From contig JBBTQS010000001.1 in the NCBI GenBank assembly GCA_038065555.1, forward strand, positions 128,741-192,740: a stretch of 64,000 nucleotides of DNA, in the 5' to 3' direction. Under the pieces are notes generated by a model. That model was not told the origin of the DNA. It made no database searches and saw only the letters and a program-made list of their open reading frames with translations. This document shows, piece by piece, positions 1 through 9,772 of this stretch (positions are counted from its first letter, which is position 1; each line of letters starts with the position of its first letter). Made by a program: the position numbers and the translations under genes. The DNA comes from Patescibacteria group bacterium. GTDB lineage: Bacteria; Patescibacteriota; Patescibacteriia; Magasanikbacterales; JBBTQS01.

Positions 1-165
1 ATGCGAAATGCCAAGCCCGCTCACAATAATAATGAGCCCACCTGGCACAAAGAGTCCGATGAATGCCAGCGATTCCACGAAAGTAATAGTGAAGACGGCA
101 ACATATCCCCAAATCGCGTGCATGCCGCTCATTGTCTGCAAAAGTTCTGAAAACCACTGTTCCAT
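1..165 (-). CDS. DedA/SNARE-associated family membrane protein. N-terminal fragment; the gene continues beyond the window start.
   Basis: Minus-strand translation from the ATG at 163-165 reads MEQWFSELLQTMSGMHAIWGYVAVFTITFVESLAFIGLFVPGGLIIIVSG, a typical DedA N-terminus with a hydrophobic segment. Confidence 0.5.
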   Translation of the reverse strand, partial: MEQWFSELLQTMSGMHAIWGYVAVFTITFVESLAFIGLFVPGGLIIIVSGLGISH

Positions 166-257
166 ACTGATTTGGAGTAAAGTATAGCACAAAACAAAGG
201 CCCGCATGACTCCGAGGGAATCATGCGGGCGCTCTGGTTGGTTGTCATGCGTACGCG

Positions 258-1151
258 CTAGTTGCGCGTCTTGCAGGACTCGGGGCGTGGTTGCCTCACG
301 GCGTAGCCGCTGACGCGCAGTGGAATTCGCGATTCGATGTTCCACTCTGCAAGCACTTCGGAAGTGAGTTGGAGGATGAACTCCTGTGCGTGTGCGTCGT
401 GTAGTACATCAACACGTTCGAGGTTGAATCGCTGTGTCTCCGGGTTGGAGACCAGTCGACGACACACTGCATCGCTGAGCTGATCCTGGAAATCAGATGC
501 GGGGCGAGTCAGTGACAGCGCCTCGTACTCCAGCTCTGTGAGCTGGATGTCAGCGCTAATTGTCCAGCGACTCACTTCGCACATTGTGGGTGCTTGTGCT
601 GGGACTTCTTCCATCTCGCACGTGAGCTGGTCAGCGATGATTCGCGCGTTTGGGTTGTACGGCGTGACCGTCACAGTGAACGGAACGGCGATTCTGAATG
701 TCCATTCAGTTCCGGTTACTGTCTCAGTGAAACCACCGGTGATTCTGTACGCGAGACTGCCGTCAGCACGCAGAGGAAGCGGCACGATGCACAGTGCTGC
801 GGCCTGCACGAGCATTGTCGATACCACCAACGTCTTATGACTTCCTGGTCGTGGCGTCGTTTTGACCCAGTCGAAGCAGAAGACGGACAGGTAGAACAAA
901 ACCCCACTGGACGGGAGAATGGGTAAAAGCATGCCCAGCAACACGATCCCACGCTCGTTGGGAGGCACGTTGATGGCGTAGCAGGAGGCCTGGTGGATTA
1001 TGGCGATAATCCAGATCATGCCGCAGATGGACATCTCGTTGCTCGGTCCGCCGACGCTCTTCTTGTCGGTATCAGTCAGTGCTGCTGTTTCGGTTTTGGT
1101 CAAGGAGCTTTTCCTTTCTGGCGCATGTATGCCAGGTTCGGAAGATAGCAC
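258..1151 (-). CDS. Hypothetical membrane protein, two predicted TM helices then a soluble domain.
   Basis: 297-aa ORF with hydrophobic segments (ICGMIWIIAIIHQ, GVLFYLSVFCF). No recognisable catalytic motif. The start may be the internal Met MSICGMIW. Confidence 0.35.
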   Translation of the reverse strand: MLSSEPGIHAPERKSSLTKTETAALTDTDKKSVGGPSNEMSICGMIWIIAIIHQASCYAINVPPNERGIVLLGMLLPILPSSGVLFYLSVFCFDWVKTTPRPGSHKTLVVSTMLVQAAALCIVPLPLRADGSLAYRITGGFTETVTGTEWTFRIAVPFTVTVTPYNPNARIIADQLTCEMEEVPAQAPTMCEVSRWTISADIQLTELEYEALSLTRPASDFQDQLSDAVCRRLVSNPETQRFNLERVDVLHDAHAQEFILQLTSEVLAEWNIESRIPLRVSGYAVRQPRPESCKTRN

Positions 1152-1194
1152 AAATTCAGGCCGTTGTCAATGAGCCTGTTGTGGAGGGTGATTG

Positions 1195-2652
1195 CTACAC
1201 TTTGTATTTGCCTTTGATCTTCGCGACTTCTTCGGATTCAACTTCTTCTGCGCTTGCACGTGCTTTGGATGCGAGTGCAGCGAGATCTGCGTCTGAGAGC
1301 GTGAGCAGGACTTGCGCTCGCGTCATGAGCCATTCTCGCGTGTTGCGTGATGGATCAACAAGAACATCTTCGAGAAGTGCATTGAGCATCCAGCCCAGCC
1401 GGGGACCGGGCGCAACAGCGAGTTCGTTCATGAGAACGGTTCCATCGATCTCGAGCATCTTCACGGAGATTGGATCGCGCGCGACTTTTTCGATCATGAA
1501 TTCGAGATGTCGTAGGCGGTAGGGGCGTGCTTTTGCAACACCTGATCCCATGCGTTCGGCAATGCGAACCTTGAGCAGATCCTGGATGTTCTCTGCACCA
1601 ACTTTCTTCACCAGTCGACGAATGGCTGCTTCGGTCACAACACCAACGTCGTAGAAGAAGAGATGATAGCGGACAAGCGTAACTACTTTGACACCAAACT
1701 CCTTTGAGAATTTGAGACGTTGCATGATGGCACGTGCTTGCTTGGCGCCAACAATATCGTGGTTGTAGAATGTGGAGTTGTATCCGTCTCCTGCCTTGGT
1801 TGCAGGCTTGCCCACGTCGTGCAGGAGAGACGCCCAACGTACCGCAGTTGTGTATCCGTATTCTGCCGCAAAGTCCAGTGATAGCACGTTGTGTTCGAAG
1901 ACCGTATACACGTGGTGTTTGTTCTGTCCCACGCCAACACCAGCCTCAAGTTCTGGTAAGATGCGCGCGAGCAGTCCGCAGTCGTGTAGCAAATGAAATG
2001 CGCGCGAGGGTTGCTTTGGCGCATTGATCATTTTGGTGAGCTCGTCACGTACACGCTCGGGGGACACGTGGTCGATGAGGTGTGCGTTCTTGGTGATGGC
2101 AGCAAATGTTGCAGGCTCTATCTCGAATCCGAGCACCGTTGCAAATCGAATAGCGCGCAACATGCGAAGTGCGTCCTCGTTGAATCGTTCATCAGCATCA
2201 CGTACCGCGCGTACAATGCCGTTGTCTAGATCACGCTGACCATCATACGGATCAACAATACGCGTCCCATCAAATGCCATGGCATTGATAGTGAAATCAC
2301 GGCGTGACAAATCTTCCTCAAGTGACACGCCGAACTGTACGGAATCGGGACGACGACGGTCTGAATATCCAGCTTCTGCACGAAACGGTGTGATTTCGAC
2401 TTTGCTCTCTTCTGGGATCTCAGGAACTGGCTTGAGAGTGACGGTGCCGAAATCGTTTTCGCAAAAGCTCTCGGGAAAAAGTCGCTGGATCTCTTCGGGG
2501 TGCGCGCTGGTCGCAATATCCCAATCTGTGGGTGTCACACCACGCAAGACGTCGCGCACACATCCACCCACCGCGTATGCCTGATGGCCAGCCGTGTGCA
2601 GTGTCGCGAGAATGAAGGTGAGAAATGCGGGAAGTTCCATGTCGCGAATCAT
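1195..2652 (-). CDS. cca: CCA tRNA nucleotidyltransferase with HD domain (poly(A) polymerase/CCA-adding family).
   Basis: N-terminal GGCVRDxLxG...DWDIAT nucleotidyltransferase head, RRDFTINAMA motif, HDIGK HD-domain motif. 485 aa. Confidence 0.85.
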   Translation of the reverse strand: MIRDMELPAFLTFILATLHTAGHQAYAVGGCVRDVLRGVTPTDWDIATSAHPEEIQRLFPESFCENDFGTVTLKPVPEIPEESKVEITPFRAEAGYSDRRRPDSVQFGVSLEEDLSRRDFTINAMAFDGTRIVDPYDGQRDLDNGIVRAVRDADERFNEDALRMLRAIRFATVLGFEIEPATFAAITKNAHLIDHVSPERVRDELTKMINAPKQPSRAFHLLHDCGLLARILPELEAGVGVGQNKHHVYTVFEHNVLSLDFAAEYGYTTAVRWASLLHDVGKPATKAGDGYNSTFYNHDIVGAKQARAIMQRLKFSKEFGVKVVTLVRYHLFFYDVGVVTEAAIRRLVKKVGAENIQDLLKVRIAERMGSGVAKARPYRLRHLEFMIEKVARDPISVKMLEIDGTVLMNELAVAPGPRLGWMLNALLEDVLVDPSRNTREWLMTRAQVLLTLSDADLAALASKARASAEEVESEEVAKIKGKYKV

Positions 2653-2659
2653 ACCGATT

Positions 2660-2689
2660 TTCGACCAAACCGTAAAGTTCGCGTATACT
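2660..2689 (+). promoter_or_regulatory. Putative sigma70-like promoter (TTCGAC-18-TATACT) immediately upstream of the PBP gene.
   Basis: ttcgac at 2660-2665 and tatact at 2684-2689. The -10 sits 1 nt before the annotated ATG at 2691, so the real start is leaderless or a downstream Met (e.g. 2733). Confidence 0.3.
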
Positions 2690-2690
2690 T

Positions 2691-4520
2691 ATGGCATCTA
2701 TGTACGTGCAAGGAGGTTCACGCTCGCAGGCAATGCGCGTCGGCAATGGTCGCCTTCACAGTGGCGCGAGTGCTCGCACCAGCGCACCAGCAACAGCAGT
2801 CAATCATCGACCGCTCATTTTTTTGCGCACGATTTCAATTGTTCTGGTGTGTGTCATGATTGCGCGGCTCTTCGTGATGCAGGTGGTACAACATGAGTTC
2901 TACACTGCACTTGCCGCTGGTACGCAGGATATTTATCGATCGCTCTTGCCCAAGCGTGGTGGTATCTATGTACAAGATCGTTCACGCGGGACGACGCTCA
3001 CGCCACTTGCGCTGCATCGCACCGTCTACCAAGCATTCCTCGACAACGCAGACAAGCCTGACTACGGCGCAATCGCCGATCAGTTTGCTCGCGTCTACAC
3101 ACTCGACAAACCTGCGCGTGACGTACTCTACGACACACTCAAGAATTCCAAACCCGAAAGTCGTTACGTACCGCTGCCAGGTTACGACAAGGTAACAGAT
3201 GATCAGCGCGATGCACTTGCAACCAAGAAATTGCAGGGTTTGTATTTTGCCCCGCGTCCATATCGGTACTACCCAGAAGCGAATTTTGCTTCTCATATTC
3301 TCGGATTCTACGGGATGGGTTCTGATGGCAAGGCAAAGGGGTCGTATGGTATCGAGGGCTATTACCAATCCACACTCGCGGGGCAACAAGGATTCATTGA
3401 AGGCAAGCGTGACGCATTTGGCGGATGGATTCCAGTTGCAAGTCGTGAGCATCAGGCTGCACGTGATGGAGCAGATGTTGTGCTCACGATCGATCAGACA
3501 ATTCAGTTGCGCGCATGCGAAGAGTTGGAGCGTATCGCAAAGGAATCACAGTCTGTGAGTGCGACGTCTATTATCATGAATCCCAAGACGGGCGCGATCA
3601 TGGCAATGTGTAGCTATCCGACATTTGATCCGAATACGTATAACAAGGTTGATTCAGCGGCGGTGTACAACAATCATGCGATCTTTACCGCGTACGAGCC
3701 TGGGTCGATTTTCAAGACCGTCACGATGGCTGCGGCGCTAGACAAGAATGTCATTACTCCGGAGCTCACGTATGATGATCCAGGATCGCGTCAGATTGAT
3801 GGATTCACAATCTATAATGCGCAGCGCAAGAATTGGGGGAGACAAACCATGACAGGAGTGCTCGAGCGTTCGATCAACACGGGCATGATTCTCATTGTTG
3901 AGAAATTAGGTCGTGCAGACTTCGCTGAGTATGTAGACCGGTTCGGATTTGGGAAGAAGACCGGGATAGAGCTCAACACGGAGAGCGCGGGCACTGTCGT
4001 ATCACTGCAGAAGAAAGGATTGGTGTACGCAGCAACAGCATCATTTGGACAAGGTATCACTGCAACGCCGATTCAGATGACACAAGCCTACGCCGCGATG
4101 GCCAACGGCGGCGTGCTCATGCAACCAACCATCGTGAGTCAGGTTCGATATCCTGATGGTCATGTGGAAGTGCGTGAGCCTGTTGTGGTTCGTCGCGTGA
4201 TCAGCCCACAAGCATCGTTCCTGATCTCTGGAATGTTGACCTCTGTTATTGAGACAACGTATCGCAAGGTTGCATATGTTCCTGGGTATCACTTCGGCGG
4301 CAAGACAGGTACGGCGCAGATTGCAGACCAAGGCGGATATAGTGACGAAACCAACCACAGTTTTGTCGGCTATGGACCTATCGAAGATCCGCAGTTCGTC
4401 GTGTTCTCCAAATTCGAACAACCACAGCGTGAGTGGGCAGAATCTACTGCAGCGCCATACTTTGGCAAAATGGCCAAATTCTTGGTACAGTACCTGCGAA
4501 TTCCTCCCACAACCAGATAA
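2691..4520 (+). CDS. ftsI: Class B penicillin-binding protein (FtsI-like peptidoglycan D,D-transpeptidase).
   Basis: N-terminal TM, SIFKTVT (SxxK), SxN and KTGTA motifs. Immediately upstream of murF as in dcw clusters. The start may be an internal Met. Confidence 0.85.
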   Translation: MASMYVQGGSRSQAMRVGNGRLHSGASARTSAPATAVNHRPLIFLRTISIVLVCVMIARLFVMQVVQHEFYTALAAGTQDIYRSLLPKRGGIYVQDRSRGTTLTPLALHRTVYQAFLDNADKPDYGAIADQFARVYTLDKPARDVLYDTLKNSKPESRYVPLPGYDKVTDDQRDALATKKLQGLYFAPRPYRYYPEANFASHILGFYGMGSDGKAKGSYGIEGYYQSTLAGQQGFIEGKRDAFGGWIPVASREHQAARDGADVVLTIDQTIQLRACEELERIAKESQSVSATSIIMNPKTGAIMAMCSYPTFDPNTYNKVDSAAVYNNHAIFTAYEPGSIFKTVTMAAALDKNVITPELTYDDPGSRQIDGFTIYNAQRKNWGRQTMTGVLERSINTGMILIVEKLGRADFAEYVDRFGFGKKTGIELNTESAGTVVSLQKKGLVYAATASFGQGITATPIQMTQAYAAMANGGVLMQPTIVSQVRYPDGHVEVREPVVVRRVISPQASFLISGMLTSVIETTYRKVAYVPGYHFGGKTGTAQIADQGGYSDETNHSFVGYGPIEDPQFVVFSKFEQPQREWAESTAAPYFGKMAKFLVQYLRIPPTTR

Positions 4521-4525
4521 GCTGT

Positions 4526-5812
4526 ATGAGTAGAAAGATTCTCGAAAAGGTGTTGCGCTGGTGCACGAGACGTATTTTGAAGAAGTACAAGCCAGCCGTG
4601 ATCGGCGTCGCAGGTTCTGTAGGCAAGACAACAACTCGCGAAGCCATTGCTGCCGTACTTTCGCAGCAATTTTCGGTTCGTCAGAGTATTCGCAGCTACA
4701 ACGATGGGATCGGCGTTCCAATGACCATCATCGGCCTAGAAAGTCCGGGCAAGTCTGTTGCCGGGTGGGTGACAGTGTTTTTTTACGTTGCACGACTGTT
4801 GCTCACGCGCATGTCGTATCCGAAGAAACTTATTGTAGAGATGGGGACGGATCGTCCAGGGGACATCGCGTATCTTACCGAGATGTGTCCACCAGATGTT
4901 GCCGTGCTCACGGCGATTTCTCCGGAGCATTATGAGTACTTCAAATCCATGGAGCGATTGGAGGATGAAGAAAAAACGATCGTACGTGCGCTCCGGCCAG
5001 GGGGCGTGGCAGTGCTCAATGGCGATGATGCTCGTGTTATGGGGGAGAGTGCGACTATTCCAGGACCCGTGATGACATTTGGTTTTGGAGATCATGTGGA
5101 TATGCGTGTTGCGCATGCGGCGATGGTGCGAGACGAACATCGTGTGCAGGGAATGGAGTTCGGACTCACGCTCGGGCAGCGTTCGTTGCACGCGCGTGTG
5201 GAAGGTGTGATTGGAACACAGCATGGATATGCCCTTGCGGCTGCAGCAGCAGTTGGTGTGCATTTCGGCATGGAAGACGCGGATATTGAGAAGGGATTGT
5301 CGCTCTATCGCGCAGCACCTGGACGAATGCGTCTCATCGAAGGTGTGAAGCACACGACGATTATTGACGATACATACAACGCGTCACCTCGCGCAGCACA
5401 AGTCGCTGTAGAGACATTGGCAAAGACGCCGGTGGGATCTGAGCGGGGAGAGCGATACGCAGTGCTTGGCGATATGCTCGAACTCGGTTCTATCACGCGA
5501 GAAGAACATGAGGATCTTGGACGCATTGTTGTAGACAACAAAATTGATTTCCTTATTACTGTAGGTCCAGCGAGCAAGCATAGCGCCGCTGCCGCGCTTG
5601 ATGAAGGGATGGATGAACATCGTATTGCGAAGTTCGACACGTCCGTTGCGGCAGGTGCATTTTTGCAGGAGAAGTTGGAGGTGGGTGATGTGGTTCTGGT
5701 GAAGGGCTCGCAAGGTGTTCGTATGGAAAAAATTGTTCGCGAAATTATGGCGCGCCCTGAAGACGCGCCAACGCTCATTGCCCGAACCTATGGAAAGTGG
5801 CTTGAAGACTAA
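4526..5812 (+). CDS. murF: UDP-N-acetylmuramoyl-tripeptide--D-alanyl-D-alanine ligase MurF.
   Basis: GVAGSVGKTTT P-loop and Mur ligase central/C-terminal motifs. ATG at 4526, 6 nt after the PBP stop. Confidence 0.9.
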   Translation: MSRKILEKVLRWCTRRILKKYKPAVIGVAGSVGKTTTREAIAAVLSQQFSVRQSIRSYNDGIGVPMTIIGLESPGKSVAGWVTVFFYVARLLLTRMSYPKKLIVEMGTDRPGDIAYLTEMCPPDVAVLTAISPEHYEYFKSMERLEDEEKTIVRALRPGGVAVLNGDDARVMGESATIPGPVMTFGFGDHVDMRVAHAAMVRDEHRVQGMEFGLTLGQRSLHARVEGVIGTQHGYALAAAAAVGVHFGMEDADIEKGLSLYRAAPGRMRLIEGVKHTTIIDDTYNASPRAAQVAVETLAKTPVGSERGERYAVLGDMLELGSITREEHEDLGRIVVDNKIDFLITVGPASKHSAAAALDEGMDEHRIAKFDTSVAAGAFLQEKLEVGDVVLVKGSQGVRMEKIVREIMARPEDAPTLIARTYGKWLED

Positions 5813-7568
5813 ACCTGCTCCAACTGCATCAGTAAAAGACGTTGTTCAGTTTTTCTGGGCGGTTGCGAGGCCGTACCGACTCGGTATTGGTGTTGTTGTG
5901 CTGATGGTTCTCTTTGGTGCTATAGGTGACCTCCTTGTCCCTGTCGCGCTCAAGTATTTGATTGATGCCATGCGCGACGGATCGCCGCACGAGCTCATTG
6001 TGCAGACATTCCTGTGGCTTGTTGCGGCAAAGATTTTTGTGTGGGGAGCGGGACGTATTCGAGAATTCGTAGTGATTGAGTGGCAGTCCAAAATCATGGT
6101 GCAAATGCAGACCCGAGTTGCTGACTACTTGCTGCGTCATTCGTTCCAGTATTTTACTGACGCGTTTGCAGGATCGCTGGTGCGCAAGGTGATCCGTGTG
6201 TCGCGATCATTTGAAGTGTTTGTTGATGAGTTTGAGGTCAAGCTGATCCCGATGTTTGTCACGCTCATTGGTACTACACTCTTGCTAACGTGGAGATTCC
6301 CGTTGTTAGGACTGGCGTTTTTCGGATGGATTGCGTTATTTTTGTTTGTGAATTTGCGAATAGCTTTTTGGAAGCGAACGCTCGATGTTGCGCGAGCTGA
6401 TGCTGATTCTCATGCTGTTGCCACACTCGCTGATACATTGTCTAATGTTTCGACCATCAAGTATTTTGCAACAGAGCAACGCGAGGCTGAGCGATTCCAA
6501 GGTGTGGCAAATGCCTGGGGATCGCTGCTTCATCGTGGATGGGTCGTGGGAGTCAGAGCGAATTTGTTCCAACTTGCTCTCACGTTGCTCCTCGAAATTG
6601 TCTTGATGTGGTATGGCATTACATTGTGGGAACGAGGCATCATGAGTATTGGTGATTTGGTGTTCCTGCAGAGTGTGCTGCTCGTCGTCTTTGCTCGCAT
6701 TGTTGATGTGGGTCGTAGTCTGCGCAAGTTGATGGAAGCATATTCGGATGCCGCTGACACGGTGAGTATTTTGTCTACAAAACATGGAGTGGTAGACGCG
6801 CCGCGCGCAAAGGCTATCGTGGTGAAGAAAGGCTCTATTCAATTTGATGCAGTCACATTTGGCTATGGAGACAACGCGCCAGTGTTGCGCGATTTTGCGT
6901 TGTCGATTGCGTCACGTGAGAAGGTGGCGCTCGTTGGACATTCAGGTGCTGGGAAATCTACGATTTCGAAATTGTTGTTGCGTCTGTACGATGTTCAAGG
7001 CGGAACCATCTTGATTGATGGAGTGGATATCAAGAGTGTCAAACAGCGCTCGTTGCGTGAATCCGTTGCGTATGTTCCGCAAGAGCCCGCACTCTTCCAT
7101 CGTACGCTCGCAGACAATATTCGGTACGCACGACCTGAGGCAACTGATGCGCAGGTGCGGCGCGCAGCAAAACTTGCGCACTGTGATGAATTCATCGCGC
7201 GGCTTCCCAATGGGTATGACACGTATGTAGGAGAGCGTGGCGTGAAATTGTCTGGTGGTGAGCGTCAACGCGTTGCCATTGCGCGCGCCATTCTCAAGGA
7301 TGCGCCGATTGTGCTCTTTGACGAGGCTACTTCTTCTCTTGATTCTGAATCAGAGCAACTCATTCAGGCAGCGCTCGACGATCTCATGCGCAACAAAACG
7401 ACTATTGTCATCGCACATCGACTTTCGACCATCGCACATATGGATCGCATTGTTGTTGTGGAAGACGGTCAAGTGCGTGCCATGGGGGATCACAAGGAGT
7501 TGTACGCATCTGATGAGCGATACCGCACATTGTGGGATATCCAGGCAGGTGGATTTGCAGCAGAGTAG
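5790..7568 (+). CDS. ABC exporter, fused permease/ATPase (MsbA/lipid A export-like type I exporter).
   Basis: Six-TM N-domain followed by GHSGAGKST Walker A, LSGGERQRVAIARA signature and ILFDEATSSLD Walker B. Overlaps the murF end by 23 nt. Confidence 0.85.
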   Translation: MESGLKTKPAPTASVKDVVQFFWAVARPYRLGIGVVVLMVLFGAIGDLLVPVALKYLIDAMRDGSPHELIVQTFLWLVAAKIFVWGAGRIREFVVIEWQSKIMVQMQTRVADYLLRHSFQYFTDAFAGSLVRKVIRVSRSFEVFVDEFEVKLIPMFVTLIGTTLLLTWRFPLLGLAFFGWIALFLFVNLRIAFWKRTLDVARADADSHAVATLADTLSNVSTIKYFATEQREAERFQGVANAWGSLLHRGWVVGVRANLFQLALTLLLEIVLMWYGITLWERGIMSIGDLVFLQSVLLVVFARIVDVGRSLRKLMEAYSDAADTVSILSTKHGVVDAPRAKAIVVKKGSIQFDAVTFGYGDNAPVLRDFALSIASREKVALVGHSGAGKSTISKLLLRLYDVQGGTILIDGVDIKSVKQRSLRESVAYVPQEPALFHRTLADNIRYARPEATDAQVRRAAKLAHCDEFIARLPNGYDTYVGERGVKLSGGERQRVAIARAILKDAPIVLFDEATSSLDSESEQLIQAALDDLMRNKTTIVIAHRLSTIAHMDRIVVVEDGQVRAMGDHKELYASDERYRTLWDIQAGGFAAE

Positions 7569-7705
7569 TATTTGACAGTTGTGGTTGTGTGAGTTACTGT
7601 GCCATCTATTCTTTTTGTGGATTTTTTTGAACAAGCGAAGACATCCATAAGAATGATACGCATTCTGACCGAAGCATCCGGTAGCTGATGCACAGAGGAG
7701 AGAAG

Positions 7706-8200
7706 ATGAGAGAGCGATTGATCAAGATCATGGCCAGCATCCTGGTTGGGCTCGTTATCCTGGGAATCATCGGGATGCTGATCTATTCTTCGAGGGAAGC
7801 GTACAAGGAACGTTGGGCTGCACTGGAAAAGGAGCCCAACGCACAGCTGTGCGTTCACGACGCGACTGGACGCGACGCTATCGGCATCTGGGTGGTGAAC
7901 TGGAATGGAGATCTGCAAACAAACGCAGTCGAGCTGAAACCACTTCCTGAAGATCGTTCGGTGCTGTGTGCTTGGGGAGGGAGCGTGCCGGTTTCGCGCT
8001 CCTTTCACGAGGTGTTAGTTACTGGATTGACGGAGGTGGAACGCGTGTACCTCTGTCAGAAATCCCCTTCGGGCAGCAAGAGCCTCGCAGAAATATGTGA
8101 ATCGATTCCCATTCTGCTAGATGGGAATGCGACATTTCAACTTCGTGCTAAGGAAGAAGTGGTGCCTTCGACACAGCCGCAGATCACTCTCGGCACGTAG
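7706..8200 (+). CDS. Hypothetical small membrane-anchored protein with 4 Cys. Standalone transcription unit.
   Basis: AGGAG at 7696-7700, 5 nt before the ATG at 7706. N-terminal TM (IMASILVGLVILGIIGMLIY). Strong terminator directly downstream. Confidence 0.45.
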   Translation: MRERLIKIMASILVGLVILGIIGMLIYSSREAYKERWAALEKEPNAQLCVHDATGRDAIGIWVVNWNGDLQTNAVELKPLPEDRSVLCAWGGSVPVSRSFHEVLVTGLTEVERVYLCQKSPSGSKSLAEICESIPILLDGNATFQLRAKEEVVPSTQPQITLGT

Positions 8201-8238
8201 TCGCTTTACCTGTAACCTAGCACCTGAATCAAACCCAT

Positions 8239-8291
8239 CCCCCGGCACGTACCACTTGAACAAGTGGAGAACGGCCGGGAGTTTTCTTTTG
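8239..8291 (+). terminator. Rho-independent terminator after the hypothetical gene.
   Basis: ccccggc ... gccggg stem enclosing an inner ccacttg/caagtgg hairpin, followed by agttttctttt. Confidence 0.6.
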
Positions 8292-8361
8292 CATTGACTT
8301 ATTCGCTAAATTATGCTAGAGTTCGTTATTACCCTTGGTTGCAACTACTGGACATGCGCGT

Positions 8362-9576
8362 ATGCATATTCTCTCCAACGCATTTCCATCGAACATGCCC
8401 GACGCTGAGCAGATTTCGCAAGGCGGACCTGCCAACTTTGCGCATTTGTTCATCAAGCATATTGTGTCTCGGACAACACATCGTTGGACAGGTGTTCTCT
8501 TTGAGAGCGTGTCAGCTGGTGCAACTGCTTGTGAGAAGAAGCATACATTTCAGCAACAGGAGTATTATCAGTTGCGAGTATTGCGTTCGGCATTGCAATC
8601 AGTTGTAGCAGCGAAGAAAATTGTCGATCCTGCACTCTTGCTCAAGAAGCCGATCCAGTACATTGTGGAGTTGATCGAAGCGCAAAAACCAGACATTATT
8701 TTTTTGAATGGATTCGGTATCTACAATTGGATGCTGCTCAAAGCAGGGGAGATCACACAGACTCCAGTTGTTATCCAGCACGCTGGCATCTGGACCAAGG
8801 AACTCTCGATTCACAAGAAACGGTATTCAGCTGCGGGGAGAAAAATCATGGAGTTGATGGAACAAGATTCAACACGGATCGCGTCATTTGAAATTTTTCT
8901 CAACGAGTGGAGCAAGAAATACTACCATTCCGCGATTGCAAATGGTGCAGAGCAAAACTGTGGCGTAGTTCCATTGCCATTTGACTTCGCGTCGTTCAAA
9001 AAACTTGTTGCACAAAAAAGTGCTACGGTTTTTGCATTCGACTCTGCGACAGTTCACATCGGCATTATTGCACGTTGGGATGATATCAAGAATCATGGCG
9101 CGGTGTTGGCACTGGCAAAAGAGGCCAAACGCCGGCAGTTGCCATGGGAGTTCCATGCTGTTACTTCAATTCCAGAGACCGACCAGTACACGCGAGCGCG
9201 CGCAGCGTATGCAAAGCACGTCGATATTGTTCCGCCGCTTGATCGTGAGGGCATTGCTCAATTTTGTAAGGCGGTTGATCTGTTGGTGCTCCCGTCGAGA
9301 TTCGACGTGTCACCAACTGTTGTCCTTGAGGCAGTTGCATCAAATACTCCGATCGTGATTTCACCAACCGTTGGATTTGCAGACGCATTTCAGAAGTGGG
9401 GCGGCAAGAATTGGGTCGTTGATTTCACGGACACTGCTCATGCTGCGGGTTGTATCAAAAAACTGCTTGGCAAACCAATGCCAAAGCAACTGTTGACAAC
9501 CATCAAGCAAAATCACAAAGCAACCACAGTCTTTGTGGCGTACTTGCAAATCTTCAAAAATGCATTGGCGCGATAG
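8362..9576 (+). CDS. Glycosyltransferase family 4 (GT-B fold, group 1).
   Basis: C-terminal LVLPSRFDVSPTVVLEAVASNTPIV is the GT4 EX7E-region signature. Upstream candidate promoter TTGACT(8295)-17-TAGAGT(8318). Confidence 0.75.
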   Translation: MHILSNAFPSNMPDAEQISQGGPANFAHLFIKHIVSRTTHRWTGVLFESVSAGATACEKKHTFQQQEYYQLRVLRSALQSVVAAKKIVDPALLLKKPIQYIVELIEAQKPDIIFLNGFGIYNWMLLKAGEITQTPVVIQHAGIWTKELSIHKKRYSAAGRKIMELMEQDSTRIASFEIFLNEWSKKYYHSAIANGAEQNCGVVPLPFDFASFKKLVAQKSATVFAFDSATVHIGIIARWDDIKNHGAVLALAKEAKRRQLPWEFHAVTSIPETDQYTRARAAYAKHVDIVPPLDREGIAQFCKAVDLLVLPSRFDVSPTVVLEAVASNTPIVISPTVGFADAFQKWGGKNWVVDFTDTAHAAGCIKKLLGKPMPKQLLTTIKQNHKATTVFVAYLQIFKNALAR

Positions 9577-9578
9577 AG

Positions 9579-9650
9579 TACCGCTACGGAGAATCGAACT
9601 CCGATTACGTGGATGAGAACCACGCGTCCTAGCCGTTAGACGATAGCGGC
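9579..9650 (-). tRNA. tRNA-Glu (anticodon CUC).
   Basis: Minus strand GCCGCTATCGTCTAACGGCTAGGACGCGTGGTTCTCATCCACGTAATCGGAGTTCGATTCTCCGTAGCGGTA folds as a cloverleaf. Stems: acceptor 7 bp, D 4 bp, anticodon CGTGG/CCACG, T CGGAG/CTCCG. Loop TTCTCAT gives anticodon CTC, T-loop is TTCGATT. CCA is not encoded. Confidence 0.85.
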
Positions 9651-9672
9651 AAAAAGCATCCATTTTATACCA

Positions 9673-9701
9673 AGAGTCAGGTTGCATGTCAAACTGACTC
9701 T
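9673..9701 (+). promoter_or_regulatory. Inverted repeat (agagtcag-N13-ctgactct) between tRNA-Glu and znuA. Candidate operator, e.g. for a Zur-like regulator.
   Basis: 8-bp perfect inverted repeat 72 nt upstream of the znuA start. Function not established. Confidence 0.25.
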
Positions 9702-9772
9702 ATTCTGTATTGAAACTCATTTGCATTGACGGAATCGCGGGCAGGGGGTACGATAGGGAAAAAGCCTATCAT

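Noticed and set aside
4041-4721. 226-aa minus-strand ORF.
   Set aside because: Antisense across the ftsI 3' end and murF 5' end, both of which have clear family motifs.
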